This document shows positions 1-11,705 of a stretch of DNA of 64,000 nt, piece by piece (position 1 is the first letter of the stretch; every line of letters starts with the position of its first letter). Under the pieces are notes generated by a model. It saw only the letters and a program-made list of their open reading frames with translations. It had not been told where the DNA came from and did not search any database. The position numbers and the translations under genes were made by a program. The stretch is from Paramecium tetraurelia. Its lineage: Eukaryota. Location of the stretch: assembly GCA_000165425.1 (NCBI GenBank), contig CT868016.1, positions 186,001-250,000 on the forward strand, in the 5' to 3' direction.

Positions 1-1047
1 ACATTCTCAAAAGAGCAAAACATTTAAAAAAATCGTATAATCTAACTAAATGATTAATTTCTACACAAGAAACACGCGTGCCTAGTTTTCCCTTTGTTGG
101 CATAGAACTTATTTGAAGTGATGAAGACAAATCGATAAGAAGCATTTAGTGTATCGTTGGTCCGAAAATTTCTCAATCAAATAGTGACTGGACTCACAGT
201 GGCTGAACAATGTGGAGTTGTTCATGCTGATCTGAAACCAGAGAATATAATGATCGAATAAAAGCAGCCTGTATTGGATGATTGTTCTCTTTAAATCATT
301 GATTTTGGATCCAGTTGCTTTATGAATGACAAACACCCTTATATCTACATTCAAAGTCGTTTCTACAGAGCTCCAGAGATAATTTTAGAGAATCACTATT
401 ACAATAGTATGAATATGGAACTATGAATTATTAGCTAAAATTGATATCTGGAGTTTGGGTTGTATAGCAGTGGAATTATTATAGGGTAATCCCCTTTTTC
501 CTTGTGGGGACCAATACTCCTGTTTGGAGCGAATCATTCAAGTGACCAGACCTACAATAAGTAATGCGTTTGAATATGATATTTTAGCTATGCAGGGATA
601 TGTGAAAACTGCTCCTGCTTCAAAAAAATACTTTAACTTACTTCAAAATGATACTTTTCAATTAAAATCGAGGGAGCAATTCACAGCTGAGTTTCCTCAC
701 TTAAAAATAAAAACTAAAGAGGGGTACAATTCTATGCATCCTATAAAGATACTTACCGATCTAGCCCAATATTACAATTAGCAATCTTCAAAAGGTATGA
801 AAATGAATGCGATATTTGTGTAGATCAACCTACATTCAATTAATTTCTGGATTTCGTGTAGAAATGTCTTGAATGGGAGCCAAGTGCTAGGATGTCTGCC
901 TAGGATGCTAGTTAACACCCATTTTTGACTGGATAAAATCAAGGATTTGAAATCAACATAGATTTAGATGACTTGTTTGCAAAATTGGATACGTAATCTA
1001 ATTAAAGTAGTACTTCCTCTTTTTATGAAGACCAACCAGAGTTTTGA
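1..1047 (+). CDS. DYRK/YAK1-like CMGC protein kinase (5'-truncated by window)
   Basis: Code-6 translation gives HACLVFPLL, HADLKPEN, IIDFGSSC, YIQSRFYRAPEIIL, IDIWSLGC and CLEWEPSARMSAQDASQHPFL. Tiny introns lie at ~407-434, 561-587 and 795-823. TGA at 1045-1047. Confidence 0.9.
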
Positions 1048-1284
1048 GATATTTCCCATTCCTCAGATTAAAATGTTCATTCAAATAACAATAAGTAAAA
1101 AAAAAAATAAAAATTCCATTTGAATGATGTTTTGATCATTAAGAGGCAATTAATTAAAACAAATAATAATTTTTCACAATATATAACTTATATTAGAACT
1201 CATCGATTCAGTAAATTAAATTCTGCTATATAATTCAATCAATTGTTGGATTTCATTTCATTATTAAATAATAATAAAACTCAA

Positions 1285-1464
1285 ATGGGTCTTTGCCAAT
1301 CTACCTAATCTACTCTTAAACTCCCTCGTATTCCAGCCCAAAAACACATCCAGATCAACTTTGAAAAGATTAAAGAATACGAAATCGAATATGCTCGTCA
1401 ACAACCATTTACAAAAAAGCAATCTACTGAGGGATCCTCACCTCTCAGCCAAGTGGACAAATGA
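1285..1464 (+). CDS. 59-aa small protein with N-terminal MGLCQS acylation motif
   Basis: The ATG follows an A-rich leader. The frame MGLCQSTQSTLKLPRIPAQKHIQINFEKIKEYEIEYARQQPFTKKQSTEGSSPLSQVDK* is open and has higher GC than its flanks. Confidence 0.65.
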
Positions 1465-1912
1465 ATCTGAACATGATTTCCTTATTTTCATAATCTCCAA
1501 TCTATAATATGTGATATAATGTAAATTTCGCCTTTCATCTCAGCTCATCAATTGCGAATGATTGACGTCAGATGTTTTCTTCACATAATTAATATCGCTG
1601 AAAAAAATGAAATTTCTAGAAATCAACATTGAATTCTTCTAATTGAAGTTGATAGATAAAATTATCAGGTTTTAACAGAATGATCACCATAAATGTCATT
1701 TAATCATCGGGAACAGAATTGGTATGAAAATTTAAAACAATACTGGTTAGTCATTTAATTAACTATCATTAAAAAAATGATAAAATAATCCAATTATAAC
1801 ATATTACTTGATTACAATAAAATAAATATTATAAAAGAATAAATCGGTCGCTTTCTTATTATGAAGTTTAGAATTAGAAAATATTATTTTTATATAATAT
1901 TAATAGATAAAA

Positions 1913-2539
1913 ATGGATTAGAGTAAATACCAAATAAAGAATGAACTCTTAAATTTGAGTTTTACAGAAGAACAAATTGCTCAAGTATTACCAAGTGCTG
2001 ATAGTCTAGAATAAGCTGTTGAGTTACTTTTAGCATTATAAGAAGGACAACACACGATAAAATAAAACAATGGATTATTTGCAGAAATTAATGCCATTGA
2101 ATTTGATGATCATATGCAACCAAATTTCGATTTTAATAAGAGATATAAAATGGTATGTGTGGTGAGAATGGATTTAAAAATGGGCATAGGGAAAATAGCA
2201 GCATAAACAGGACATGCAGGTATATTAATATAGTTATTTTAGTATTGGGAGCATATTAATAATTATTAAATGACAAAAATGTATTATTATAAAAATGGGA
2301 AGGAAGTGGTTAAGCAAAAGTAGTACTGAAATGCGAGAGTCAATAGGAATTGTTCAATATTGAAGCAAAGGCAAGACAGAATGGACTCAACACCTATTTG
2401 GTAACTGATGCAGGTAGAACATAAGTAAGAATGTATTCCAGAAGCTTAGGTGTAACCTGGAAGTCAAACTGTTTGTGCAATCGGACCAGCTGATTGCGAT
2501 CTCATAGATTAAGTGACTGGCCATTTAAAATTGTTATGA
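1913..2539 (+). CDS. PTH2: Peptidyl-tRNA hydrolase 2 with N-terminal UBA-like segment
   Basis: Motifs YKMVCVVRMDLKMGIGKIAAQTGHA, GQAKVVLK, VTDAGRTQ and TVCAIGP...IDQVTGHLKLL*. Two short introns (~2220-2242, ~2425-2449). Confidence 0.92.
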
Positions 2540-2571
2540 TATCAAAAAGATATTTAATAGTAGAAACAATG

Positions 2572-4615
2572 TCAATTAGTTGATCGAAAATTTTTGCCTA
2601 TCCGTTTTAGATCCAATTGGTTGATTAGAGGAGTTGATAATGTTGCCTATTCTTGTTGCTTTTCTTCATTTCGTTATGCTGATTCATTATTGAAATCCTT
2701 CATAAGATGCTAGGTTTCTTCTATCATTTTTAATTGCAACATCTATTACTTCTTGGATTGAACAGTCTTCCATAAACTAGTTCTAGATCGTTATTTCATG
2801 AGAGGCATAGGAGCAAAAGACTTTATGCCCTTGAATGATAGTAACTCAATCTATTCTCTAAGTTTGAGTAGTCTTTCCTGTTCATCTTGCACTTTCTATC
2901 TCTCCTTCATCTTTTCATGTTTTGTAGTATCCATATTCGATAACTTTTCTCTCTAAGTCTTTACCTGAATACTCTAATCGAGTTCTAGCCAGACGATGTC
3001 AGCTTTCACGAATCCATTTTCATTATAGCCTCCAAAGATTAACAATCTATTTTCATCTTAAGCAGCACAATGACCTGCTCGACCATCTCTATATTCCATT
3101 TAAATAGTGCACCAGGTTTAGGAATCTACTTTAAAAATGTGACAATCATTTAAGAATATCGAGTCAACATTGATACCCCCAAAGAGGACAATCATTTATT
3201 ACTTTTCAAAATAATTACAAGTATGTTTATATCTAGCACAAGGAGGAATTCCTTTGGCCTTGACTTCAGTCCAGTACATAGGTCTTTGATATGTATTTAA
3301 CAAATATAAACCAGAATACAATTAACCTTATTTATTCTCACCACCAAATAAATATATTCCTTCCACTTTCTATTTCATATCCTTCAAATCCTCAGGATCT
3401 AAATTTGATTTATAAAGTTATATTAATCTATTGTTAGTAAAAACAGAAACTATAGTATGAAAAGCGATTCCATTCTAAAAATAATTGCATATATCAATAT
3501 TAGCAGGAGCTTGTTTGGCTGTTGTGACATCAAAATGAAAGGCATCTGATAAATACTTCCCCTTGGTATTTATGCCTCCCATAATAAAGATATGCTTCCC
3601 TACAAATGCACTAGCCTAACCTCTTCTTACTTCAACCCCTTCTCCACTGGTTCTCACAATTTTGAACTCATTGGTTTCAGTATTGAAGACTCTGAAGTCA
3701 TTCAAACTCTCTCTAATTTTCTATGCATTATCATATGGTTTTTCTCCACCAAAATAGAAAATGGACCTCCTATAAACACCAGCTATATGGTTAGTCCTTC
3801 CAAAAGGAGGCTTATCTACGATGTCAATTTGAGACCATTCATTTCCATTCCAAACATTCATATCATTGAATGGAGTGGCACTTATTCCACCATACAAATA
3901 GAACTTGTTTTGAATTACACTCAACGTTGCTCCTTCTCTCATTGCAGGTCTCCATTTCCCATAAAATTTCTCAACCCAATTCAAACAATAGTTTGGGATG
4001 AAAGCATCTTAAATCACTTCAATTACTTTTGGTTGATGCTTATTTTAGATCTAACCATCATCATTTAATCGAGAGGGATAACACTTAATCCTAGGCAATC
4101 TTCCTACTGATTGACTCTTACTTGTCGAATATTATTCAATTAGTTAGGACAGTTACTCATTCTAATGCTTTATTTGTGCTTTATTATGTCCCAATTGGAA
4201 AGCGATTTCATCCAAAGGGCCATAACCTGTGTATATTTTGCTAGAACTTTTATCGTTAAGACTCCTTAAACTATGTTGAGAATTGTTTTTAAAGAGTCTA
4301 TCTCTATAAGGTTACCATTTTTGTTCCTTCTCTAATTTATCCACCAATGTCTTGTCCACTTAGAGTAATTCTTGCGAACTTACAAATTTACTCAGTTTGC
4401 TTTTAGTATTTTGGACTGGCAACGGTGGATGAATCTATTTCATTCAAACATTTTACCATCTGCAATCCTCTTTATACTAAGTATTTATATTTGGTCATTG
4501 ACAGATCGCTTATTCCTTGACTCTAGTATTCCTTTACTAAATGATCCATGGCGTCATCATCGTCATTGAAATTCAGGATTGGTTGGAGTGGAGAAGGTGA
4601 ATCATAATTGCTCAT
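2572..4615 (-). CDS. Kelch-repeat (beta-propeller) protein
   Basis: Repeated (R)xGHx...(Y/F)GG...ND units, e.g. MREGATLSVIQNKFYLYGG, RTNHIAGVYRRSIFYFGG, RYKHTC...LFGG and RAGHCAA...FGG. One 22-nt intron near the 5' end restores the frame. Confidence 0.85.
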
Positions 4616-5116
4616 TTTTATAAAGTAAATATAAATTTTGAAATAAATATTATTATTTTTAATCTGGAAATGAGTGGTTAATACAAAATCTTAATGCTCT
4701 TGGAATCTGTTAAGAAAAAGGATAGTCCCCATATAATTAATAGACTTTAACTTATAGGTATGTCATTTTTATGAGCCTCTTATGTTTTCCAAACTGATAT
4801 AACGCTTTGATATCGATTTTCAGTTTTCAAGCTTAAGTTTCAATTCCAATAATTAACAGACTAGTATTATTAAAGGTTGATTAAAAATAAATATTTTTAT
4901 TTATTAATATATTTATATATAGAATAGCCTCCAAAATAAGATTTTTTTTAATAGCCAAGCTTTGGTCTTTGCAAAATTATTTAAATACATCGATATTTAC
5001 ATATTATTAAATACTTGAATTTACTTATAAATTATCGATAGAAATATTAATTTTAAGCTGTTGCGTTAATATGTTTTAGATCCTCATATAAAAAACTAAT
5101 ATTATCAAATAAATTA

Positions 5117-6091
5117 ATGGGATTGTGTCATACCAAAAAGGCAGAACAGAGGAAAAATCCGGCCATCCTCAATAAAAGTCAACCCAGAGCTAAAATTCCT
5201 TAGACAACCGAACAAATACTAGAATTTGCTATCACAGAGCCCTTTGAAGATAGCAGTCTCATCTACATTTCTCCACAAATCAAACACAAAACTCAATCAT
5301 CTAAACAACCAAGTCCTACCTACTCATTGAACCTCTCGAATTACAAATATCGTTTTTCTTCCAAATATGTTCACCAAGAATTCAAACCCAATGAGAGTAT
5401 CATCCCAATTAATCACTTAGAATAGCTAATCATCCATAGAGAGAGCGGGTTACCTTATTACCTTGAGATTTTGGAGTCCAACTCCGAGAACAGAGGATTG
5501 ATCAGAAAATTGTTTAATCCCACCACTCCAGAAAACCAATAGGACCCTTCAAACCTCTTCGACATTGTTGAGATATGCTTATAAAATAGATTAATCTTGG
5601 TTGTAAGACAGTACAAAGAGGCCAAAAGCCTTGAATCACAATTATAAATTCTCAAATCGAATGTAAAAACTTTATCAATTTCTGTCAATAAGATAATTAA
5701 AATCATAACGACTCTACATTCATTAGATATAATTCATTTTAATTTGAGTGTCAAATCGTTCTAGTATTAATAAATATCAGGAGAAATATATCTCAACAAT
5801 TTATCTGATTTATATAATAGTGAGGAAGTTAATTTTTAATATATATCTCCAGAACAATTAAATTACATTCCCTACTTTACAAAAGAATGCAACATCTGGG
5901 CTTTGGGAATGATCATTTGCTAATTGATGGATTGTCCAAAACTTCCCATTTATAATGACAATTTGAGTAAGTTTAAAAGATTAGTGGAGAAATGGCAACC
6001 AATATCATCATTAATACATATCAAGGATTAAGAGCTATAGGAATCTCTAATTAAAATGTTATAAAAAGATCCCAGTCAAAGAGCATTATGA
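5117..6091 (+). CDS. Protein kinase-like (probable pseudokinase), N-acylation motif
   Basis: Intronless 324-aa frame beginning MGLCHTK. Kinase C-lobe signatures YISPE, NIWALG and MLQKDPSQR are present. IIHFNLSVKSF replaces HRDLKPEN and NNLS replaces DFG. Confidence 0.8.
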
Positions 6092-6731
6092 ATTTCTCTT
6101 TTATATTATAAATAATTTGAATTTATAAATATAGAAAAACTTGGCTTATTTTACGGTGAAAGTAAATTGTATTCGAAATGGAATCAAAAATTGATAATAT
6201 TTGTTACGGCAGCTGAGTACCGTAATTCCTTCATTACTTTTGTCTTTGATCTTATAATGCCATAAGGATAGCTATACAACAAACTCTCCAACGAAAAAAC
6301 CATAAATTAATACTATTGAAATTTTTGATATTAACCCTTTTCCTATTTAATAAAAAATAAAAATTTATATCAATAGAAAAGTCCACTCTTAATAAAATCA
6401 CAATATAATATATATAAAAATGGAAAAATCATATTGTGAATTTGGACAAGCCTGCAATATTGATTATAATTGACTGAGATGCATATTTCATGTTGTTCCT
6501 ATTCTATCAAAATTCTATATGACAGAAGTATTCTATTTTAAGAGAACTGGTTATTTAAGGAATGCTGTAAACGTATGTTATCTTAAAAAGTATAGATGCT
6601 CATTATTTTGTGAAATTAAATTCATTTTTATAATCAGAGAGATTCGGAAAAACATGAGTAAATTTAATAGCATAGTAATCAGTATTAATTAAATAACTTA
6701 AATGATTGGAATTTTATAAAATAATTTAATC

Positions 6732-9350
6732 TCATTTAAATAATTGAATTGGCCTTCTCAGCCTATAATACTATGATGGAATATTGTAGATGAAATTAGT
6801 AATGGTATAGTAGACCAGATAATGTGGTTTCATTCTAAACTTTCCCTTCTGCCTTAATTCATAGTAGAGTTGATCCCTCACAAAATGATGATCTGTAATT
6901 GAAACCCATTTCAATTTTTAAGAACAAGTAGTGAGATCTCTAATTATTAAATCGATGATTGCATTACCTGATAACTTCGTTCCCATTCTGATATTTATTG
7001 GCTTCATCTTGGTTCATGGAGACAGTCAGATGCATGAGCAATTCATTAGCCATTTTTGTTCTAAAATCACCCTTGGGGAAGGCTACATCTAGATAGTTTG
7101 GAATGCACACCAACTCAGGCGCATGTTTCTTGTAGATGTACTCCATCATGACTTTAGCAATCTTCTAATTGTGAGCCTACCTTTTCTTAAAGACTATGCG
7201 TCCATCAAACCATTCATTTATTACTATTTTGGAAATATAATTTAATATATATACTTCCAGCCATCATGATGTATCTAATGGGTAAAATACAAATAACACA
7301 GTAAAGTGAGAACAAGGCATAGAGAAACCAAAGAGTTCTATGGTACTCTTGCCAAGTGAATAAATTAATCACTTTTTCTGCAAAGTTACTCAAATAGGTC
7401 AGGTACAATTAAACAATAAAGAAAGTCTTCTTGATAGCTCTTATTTTTTGATAGAAGGATTCCTTTGGTTCATTTTCATCATCCACTTCCAATTTGATTT
7501 CATTTCCTTCGAATTTGATGACCTTATCCAATGATTGAGTATTCTTTTTGAGATCCTTCTCCTCCTAAGTGAACAACTAAGGAGTCTTATAATAATGATT
7601 CAACTCGCATAGGATGTACTTATCTAAAAACAGCCCTACATAATGGTGTATAGTTGGATGTTAGTAAGTGAGAATGAATAGCAAAATGAATCCAAAGTAT
7701 TGCAGGATGTTGTTTAAATCTGCATTGTAAATGAAGATGAACATAAATGTAAAAACTATTAGTGTTAATCTTGGATACTTTTGATCTACAACATCTTCTA
7801 AAGAGAGTTAAAATTAGATCATCAATGAGATTATTCGCTTAAATCTGATGATGTTCATTTTGATAACAGTGAGATCTGGTTCCAATTGCTCATTCTCATA
7901 TGAGAACACCGGACCAGGTCCAAAAAGAGACAAAGGACTCGACATATTCCTTAAGGTCACAATCAAACTAGGCTACTGTTCATCAATGTTTGAAAGATGC
8001 TTCTTAAGAAATTGAAACACATCGCTGTTGTTGCTCTCCTTATTCAATGGTAACTGTATTCTCTAATTGGCAAATAAGATACAAAATAATACCGAAAACT
8101 TCGTTCCTGAATGATAACTCAATAAGTCGGCAACTTATATTTCAGCCACTCCAATTATTGACTGTTTGACCTTTCGCTTCAAAATGCCATCCTACACTTC
8201 ACTGATCAATTCTAATCTTATCACAGAAAAAGAATCTATTATAGGTAGTATGTAATCCTAACTCCACTACGGGTTATTACTGTAAACATGCTATTTAGTT
8301 TAACATGTGAAGGGAGGAAATGAAATTTTAACAAACAAAAACGAGTCTTAGATGATATTACTGAGATTAATGGCCTCCTTCACTTGAATCTAGACCTTTC
8401 CCAAGGAGTGGAAATCGTCATGCATTCCCTCATATTACAATACATCTTGGGATGCAAACTTCAACTGAGTATACCACAATTTTAATAGGCCTGGGTCGTT
8501 GACTGTCAATTAGATCTTCTAGTAATCGTATTCGTGATACATCAACTATTATTATTATTACCTATATTTACTATGACATCGTCTGCTAATTCAATTCTGA
8601 TCTGAAACAATATTACTTGACAACTGAAGTAATTATAAGATATGTGTTAATATAATTGCAATGTACCCTCTTAAATCTTGCCATAGAATGTTTGCCAGGT
8701 CTCATCATCTGAGAATCTCAATTACACATTTGTAGCCAACTTCTTCTATTGGTCTAAACTATAGTTTCCCACTTGAGTTGCATCTTCAGTCGATAAATTG
8801 TGATATCGAAATTGCCAATCTGGCTCATCTTCATTTTAAGCATCCGTTGAGGCTAGAATGGTTTACTTCTGATTTCCCAGCACTAGATTCGTTATGACAA
8901 TTTAATTTACAATCTCTTGTCAAAAAGTAATACAAGAATTTCAGAATATTGCCCTATATTTACGGATGTTGCATTGCTATCATCACCAACTTATTCAAAA
9001 AGAGATGGAATCCAGCTTTTCTTTTTTCAGTTTTAAAGAGCCATTCGTGTTTAGATGGAAATTAAGGCAAATCCAAATTGCAATATTTCATTTTCAACTT
9101 AACTATTAATTGACTCCCTTACCACTTTGTGCAATGCATAGAACTCATTATAACGTCTGTTGCAAATAAACGTTTGAATATTTGGGTGTCTCACTTATAT
9201 TTTATACAACGTGAAACTAAATCCATATTCGTTCTCTGTCCCAATAATGTTGATCTAGAGTTATTTTAAGTCTAATTTCACAAAATCATCAAAAGTCAAT
9301 TTGAAACCCTCCATCGTTGATTTCACACTCATTGGACTGCTTTGAGACAT
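6732..9350 (-). CDS. PX-PH-C2 domain protein with MCTP-like C-terminal membrane region
   Basis: PX: RRYNEFYALHK..LPQFPSK. PH-like: WQTFYGKIQEGTLQLY...LLKLWYTQLK. C2: GKVQIQVKEAINL...NPQWSQ...IGVAEIQV. MCTP-like tail: VQLYLTYLSNFAEKVINLFTW...LPIRYIMMAG. Several tiny introns. Confidence 0.75.
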
Positions 9351-9814
9351 AATTACAAATAATTTATAATTCAATATTTTAAATATCATTTCCCTACAGT
9401 ATCCACACCCCCACCAATATTCTCACAATATCTACATCCCTTTTAATTAATAAATTTAGACATTTCAATTTCACTTTCTATTTCATTCCTGAATAATTGT
9501 AGACCTTCACCTTAGGTTATTTAATATTAATATGAGTATAAAATATCCTTTATTCCAATTGTTAAAAAGAAGGAAACCTCTAAAGAAGTGAATATCCCAT
9601 TTCTCATATTGTTAAAAGTCCATTGTAACTGAGTTGGAAGGTGGGGTCCCCTCACTTAATTCCTCAGGAACTATAAAATGTCCCTTTTTGAGAAGGGAAA
9701 ACAAGAATCTAGGGGTTTACTCCGCCCTTTTGGTTCAAGATGAAGTGACACAAGTCTTGGGCGCTTCAATAAAAGAGATTTGTAATATTTTTATATTATT
9801 TTCATAAAAATATA

Positions 9815-10939
9815 ATGAATAATAGATTTGAGAATTCTTAAGATCACGACTTGGATATGTGTGGCATATCAAGATCGTACTCATAAACTAAATTGCCTAA
9901 TCTTAACAATCATAATAAAGATAAATTAAAAAATGAGTTTGTAAAATATATTTTAATCACAAGGTCGATAAAAAGTTATTGTAAAGGAAGGATTAAGAGG
10001 ATCTTGGAGGTTCCATCCAACTTAATGATTTAAATATCTTGGGCTTGAAGGATTACTACTCTGGGGCATGTGATAATAATAATCAAGAAATCAAACTCAA
10101 GTAAATAGAAGAAACCAACGATTGTACACAAGTGGAAACTCAATAAAATGAACCCTACAATAACACTCTGGATTAGTTGGGCCAAAAGTTGAATGAAGTG
10201 ATAGGACAATATCTCTGTGAACTTACATCTCAGTCTAGATTATCTTTGGACTCCTTTTCCCTTCAGAACAGTGAAAATTTAGACGAGGAACAACAACAAC
10301 AAATATTAGATCTTGAATTAAACGTCATCCGACAGCGCATATACAAAGTAAAATATTGTTATTTAAATCAGCAAATCGTTGATAAAATCAACCTTTCGGT
10401 TATTCAATCCGTCCAATCAATTGGAACTTCTAGTTAACTCACATCTTAATCCAATTATGTCTCCACGTGCGTTTCGAAAGAACTTTTGAATAACAGTGTT
10501 ACTCAATTTTCTTAAATTTCACAAAAGTCCCCCCCCAAATCCCTCACTCATTCTCTATTAGACTTACAATCACAACTTTATCAAAGTGCTCAATAGGCCT
10601 AGGCCAGACCCAATAAGAAAGTTGATGACTTGCCCTTCAACATTGTAGATTGCGAGGGGACAAAGGAGGAATTGCAAAACAAACTCAAGATTTCCATTTA
10701 ATTAAATTATCAATAGTCTCAAATCAACAGTCAATTGAGGGAAGAATTATCAAAATATGAAGTATAACTGTATTTTCATTAACCCTTTAGAAAATGAACT
10801 ATCCAGATTCAATATAAGAGGACGAAACACTTACTTTATAATAAGAGATCCAAAACTTGAGACTGGAAAATGCTAAACTAAAAGAGTCTTAATCAAATAA
10901 ACTATGCGAAAAATGTAAAGATAGTCTATGACTTTTTGA
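9815..10939 (+). CDS. Hypothetical protein (Q/S-rich)
   Basis: The code-6 frame from MNNRFENSQD to RQSMTF* is open after removing three 23-29 nt GT..AG introns. Confidence 0.7.
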
Positions 10940-10962
10940 TATAAAGTTCAAATCTATAATTG

Positions 10963-11653
10963 TCATTTATTCAATTTTTCTTATTTTATTAGAGGCAGTA
11001 TTTTATCCAAAACTTGTTGGTAATGTTAAATGATATTCTTGATTTTTATTTCCTCATTTTGTGGTTGCTGTTGCAAACTCTTTTGTCTTTAGTATCCCTA
11101 GTTTTATAATTTGAAATTCTAAATCGGCTTAACGTTCAAACTCTTCTCCTAGTTATTTAGATATTTAGGCAGCGTTTTTGCTGTCCGTGGACTCGTTTTG
11201 CTACTGGACTTATTAAAAGTAGATGTTCTTTCTTACTACGTATAAATTACATTTATTATAATTTTATATGCATTCTAGCATTTTCCTTCTTTCTATTTTC
11301 CTTTATTTCAATTGATCTTTTAGAGTTACAAGAACTTACACTCCGAATTGATTGCCTTGAATACAAATATATTTTTTGTTATTTTTACAGATTTTTGGAA
11401 AGTGGACTCCACATTATTTAATTTATGAAGTAGTTTTTTGTTCTATTACATAATCCCTTCCCATCGATTGATCTCCTATTTCCTGGCAGCTATATATCTG
11501 TTTTGCTTGTAAACATCTAATGACTTATCCATTTTTGGAAGGGAACTCTTCCTTGATTTGATGTCACTTAGTCTCCTCTAATGGATTTAATAAGCTCTAA
11601 GGAATTATTGATTTTTTATACTGCTGGTTCTAATGTTGGATGAATCTCTACAT
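10963..11653 (-). CDS. CFAP97-domain-like ciliary protein
   Basis: After a 25-nt intron it reads RAYQIHQRRLSDIK...KQEINRWEGIMQQNKKLLHKLNNVES, resembling the CFAP97/KIAA1430 pattern. Ends LPLIKQEKLNK*. Confidence 0.55.
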
Positions 11654-11705
11654 ATACTAATTTTTTTAACTAATTTATATATATGAAATATATATATAAA
11701 AACAA

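Noticed and set aside
109..354. Supplied ORFs antisense to real genes (e.g. 109-354, 3592-4068, 5458-5706, 27024-27359, 31259-31549, 52283-52528)
   Set aside because: They are shadow frames on the strand opposite well-supported code-6 genes and have no recognisable motifs.
1563..1570. Perfect CRE-like palindrome TGACGTCA upstream of PTH2
   Set aside because: A single 8-mer of this composition can easily arise by chance in 64 kb, and there is no supporting context.
6149..6225. Short inverted repeats (TTACGG...CCGTAA; TTTAC...GTAAA) in the spacer after the pseudokinase
   Set aside because: The stems are only 5-7 bp. There is no hammerhead core, snoRNA box pair or tRNA fold.
9630..9730. Resemblance to RNase MRP P4 motifs or telomerase RNA template
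   Set aside because: The GAAAGUCCCC context and P1 pairing are missing and the template does not match. It is kept only as an unexplained island.
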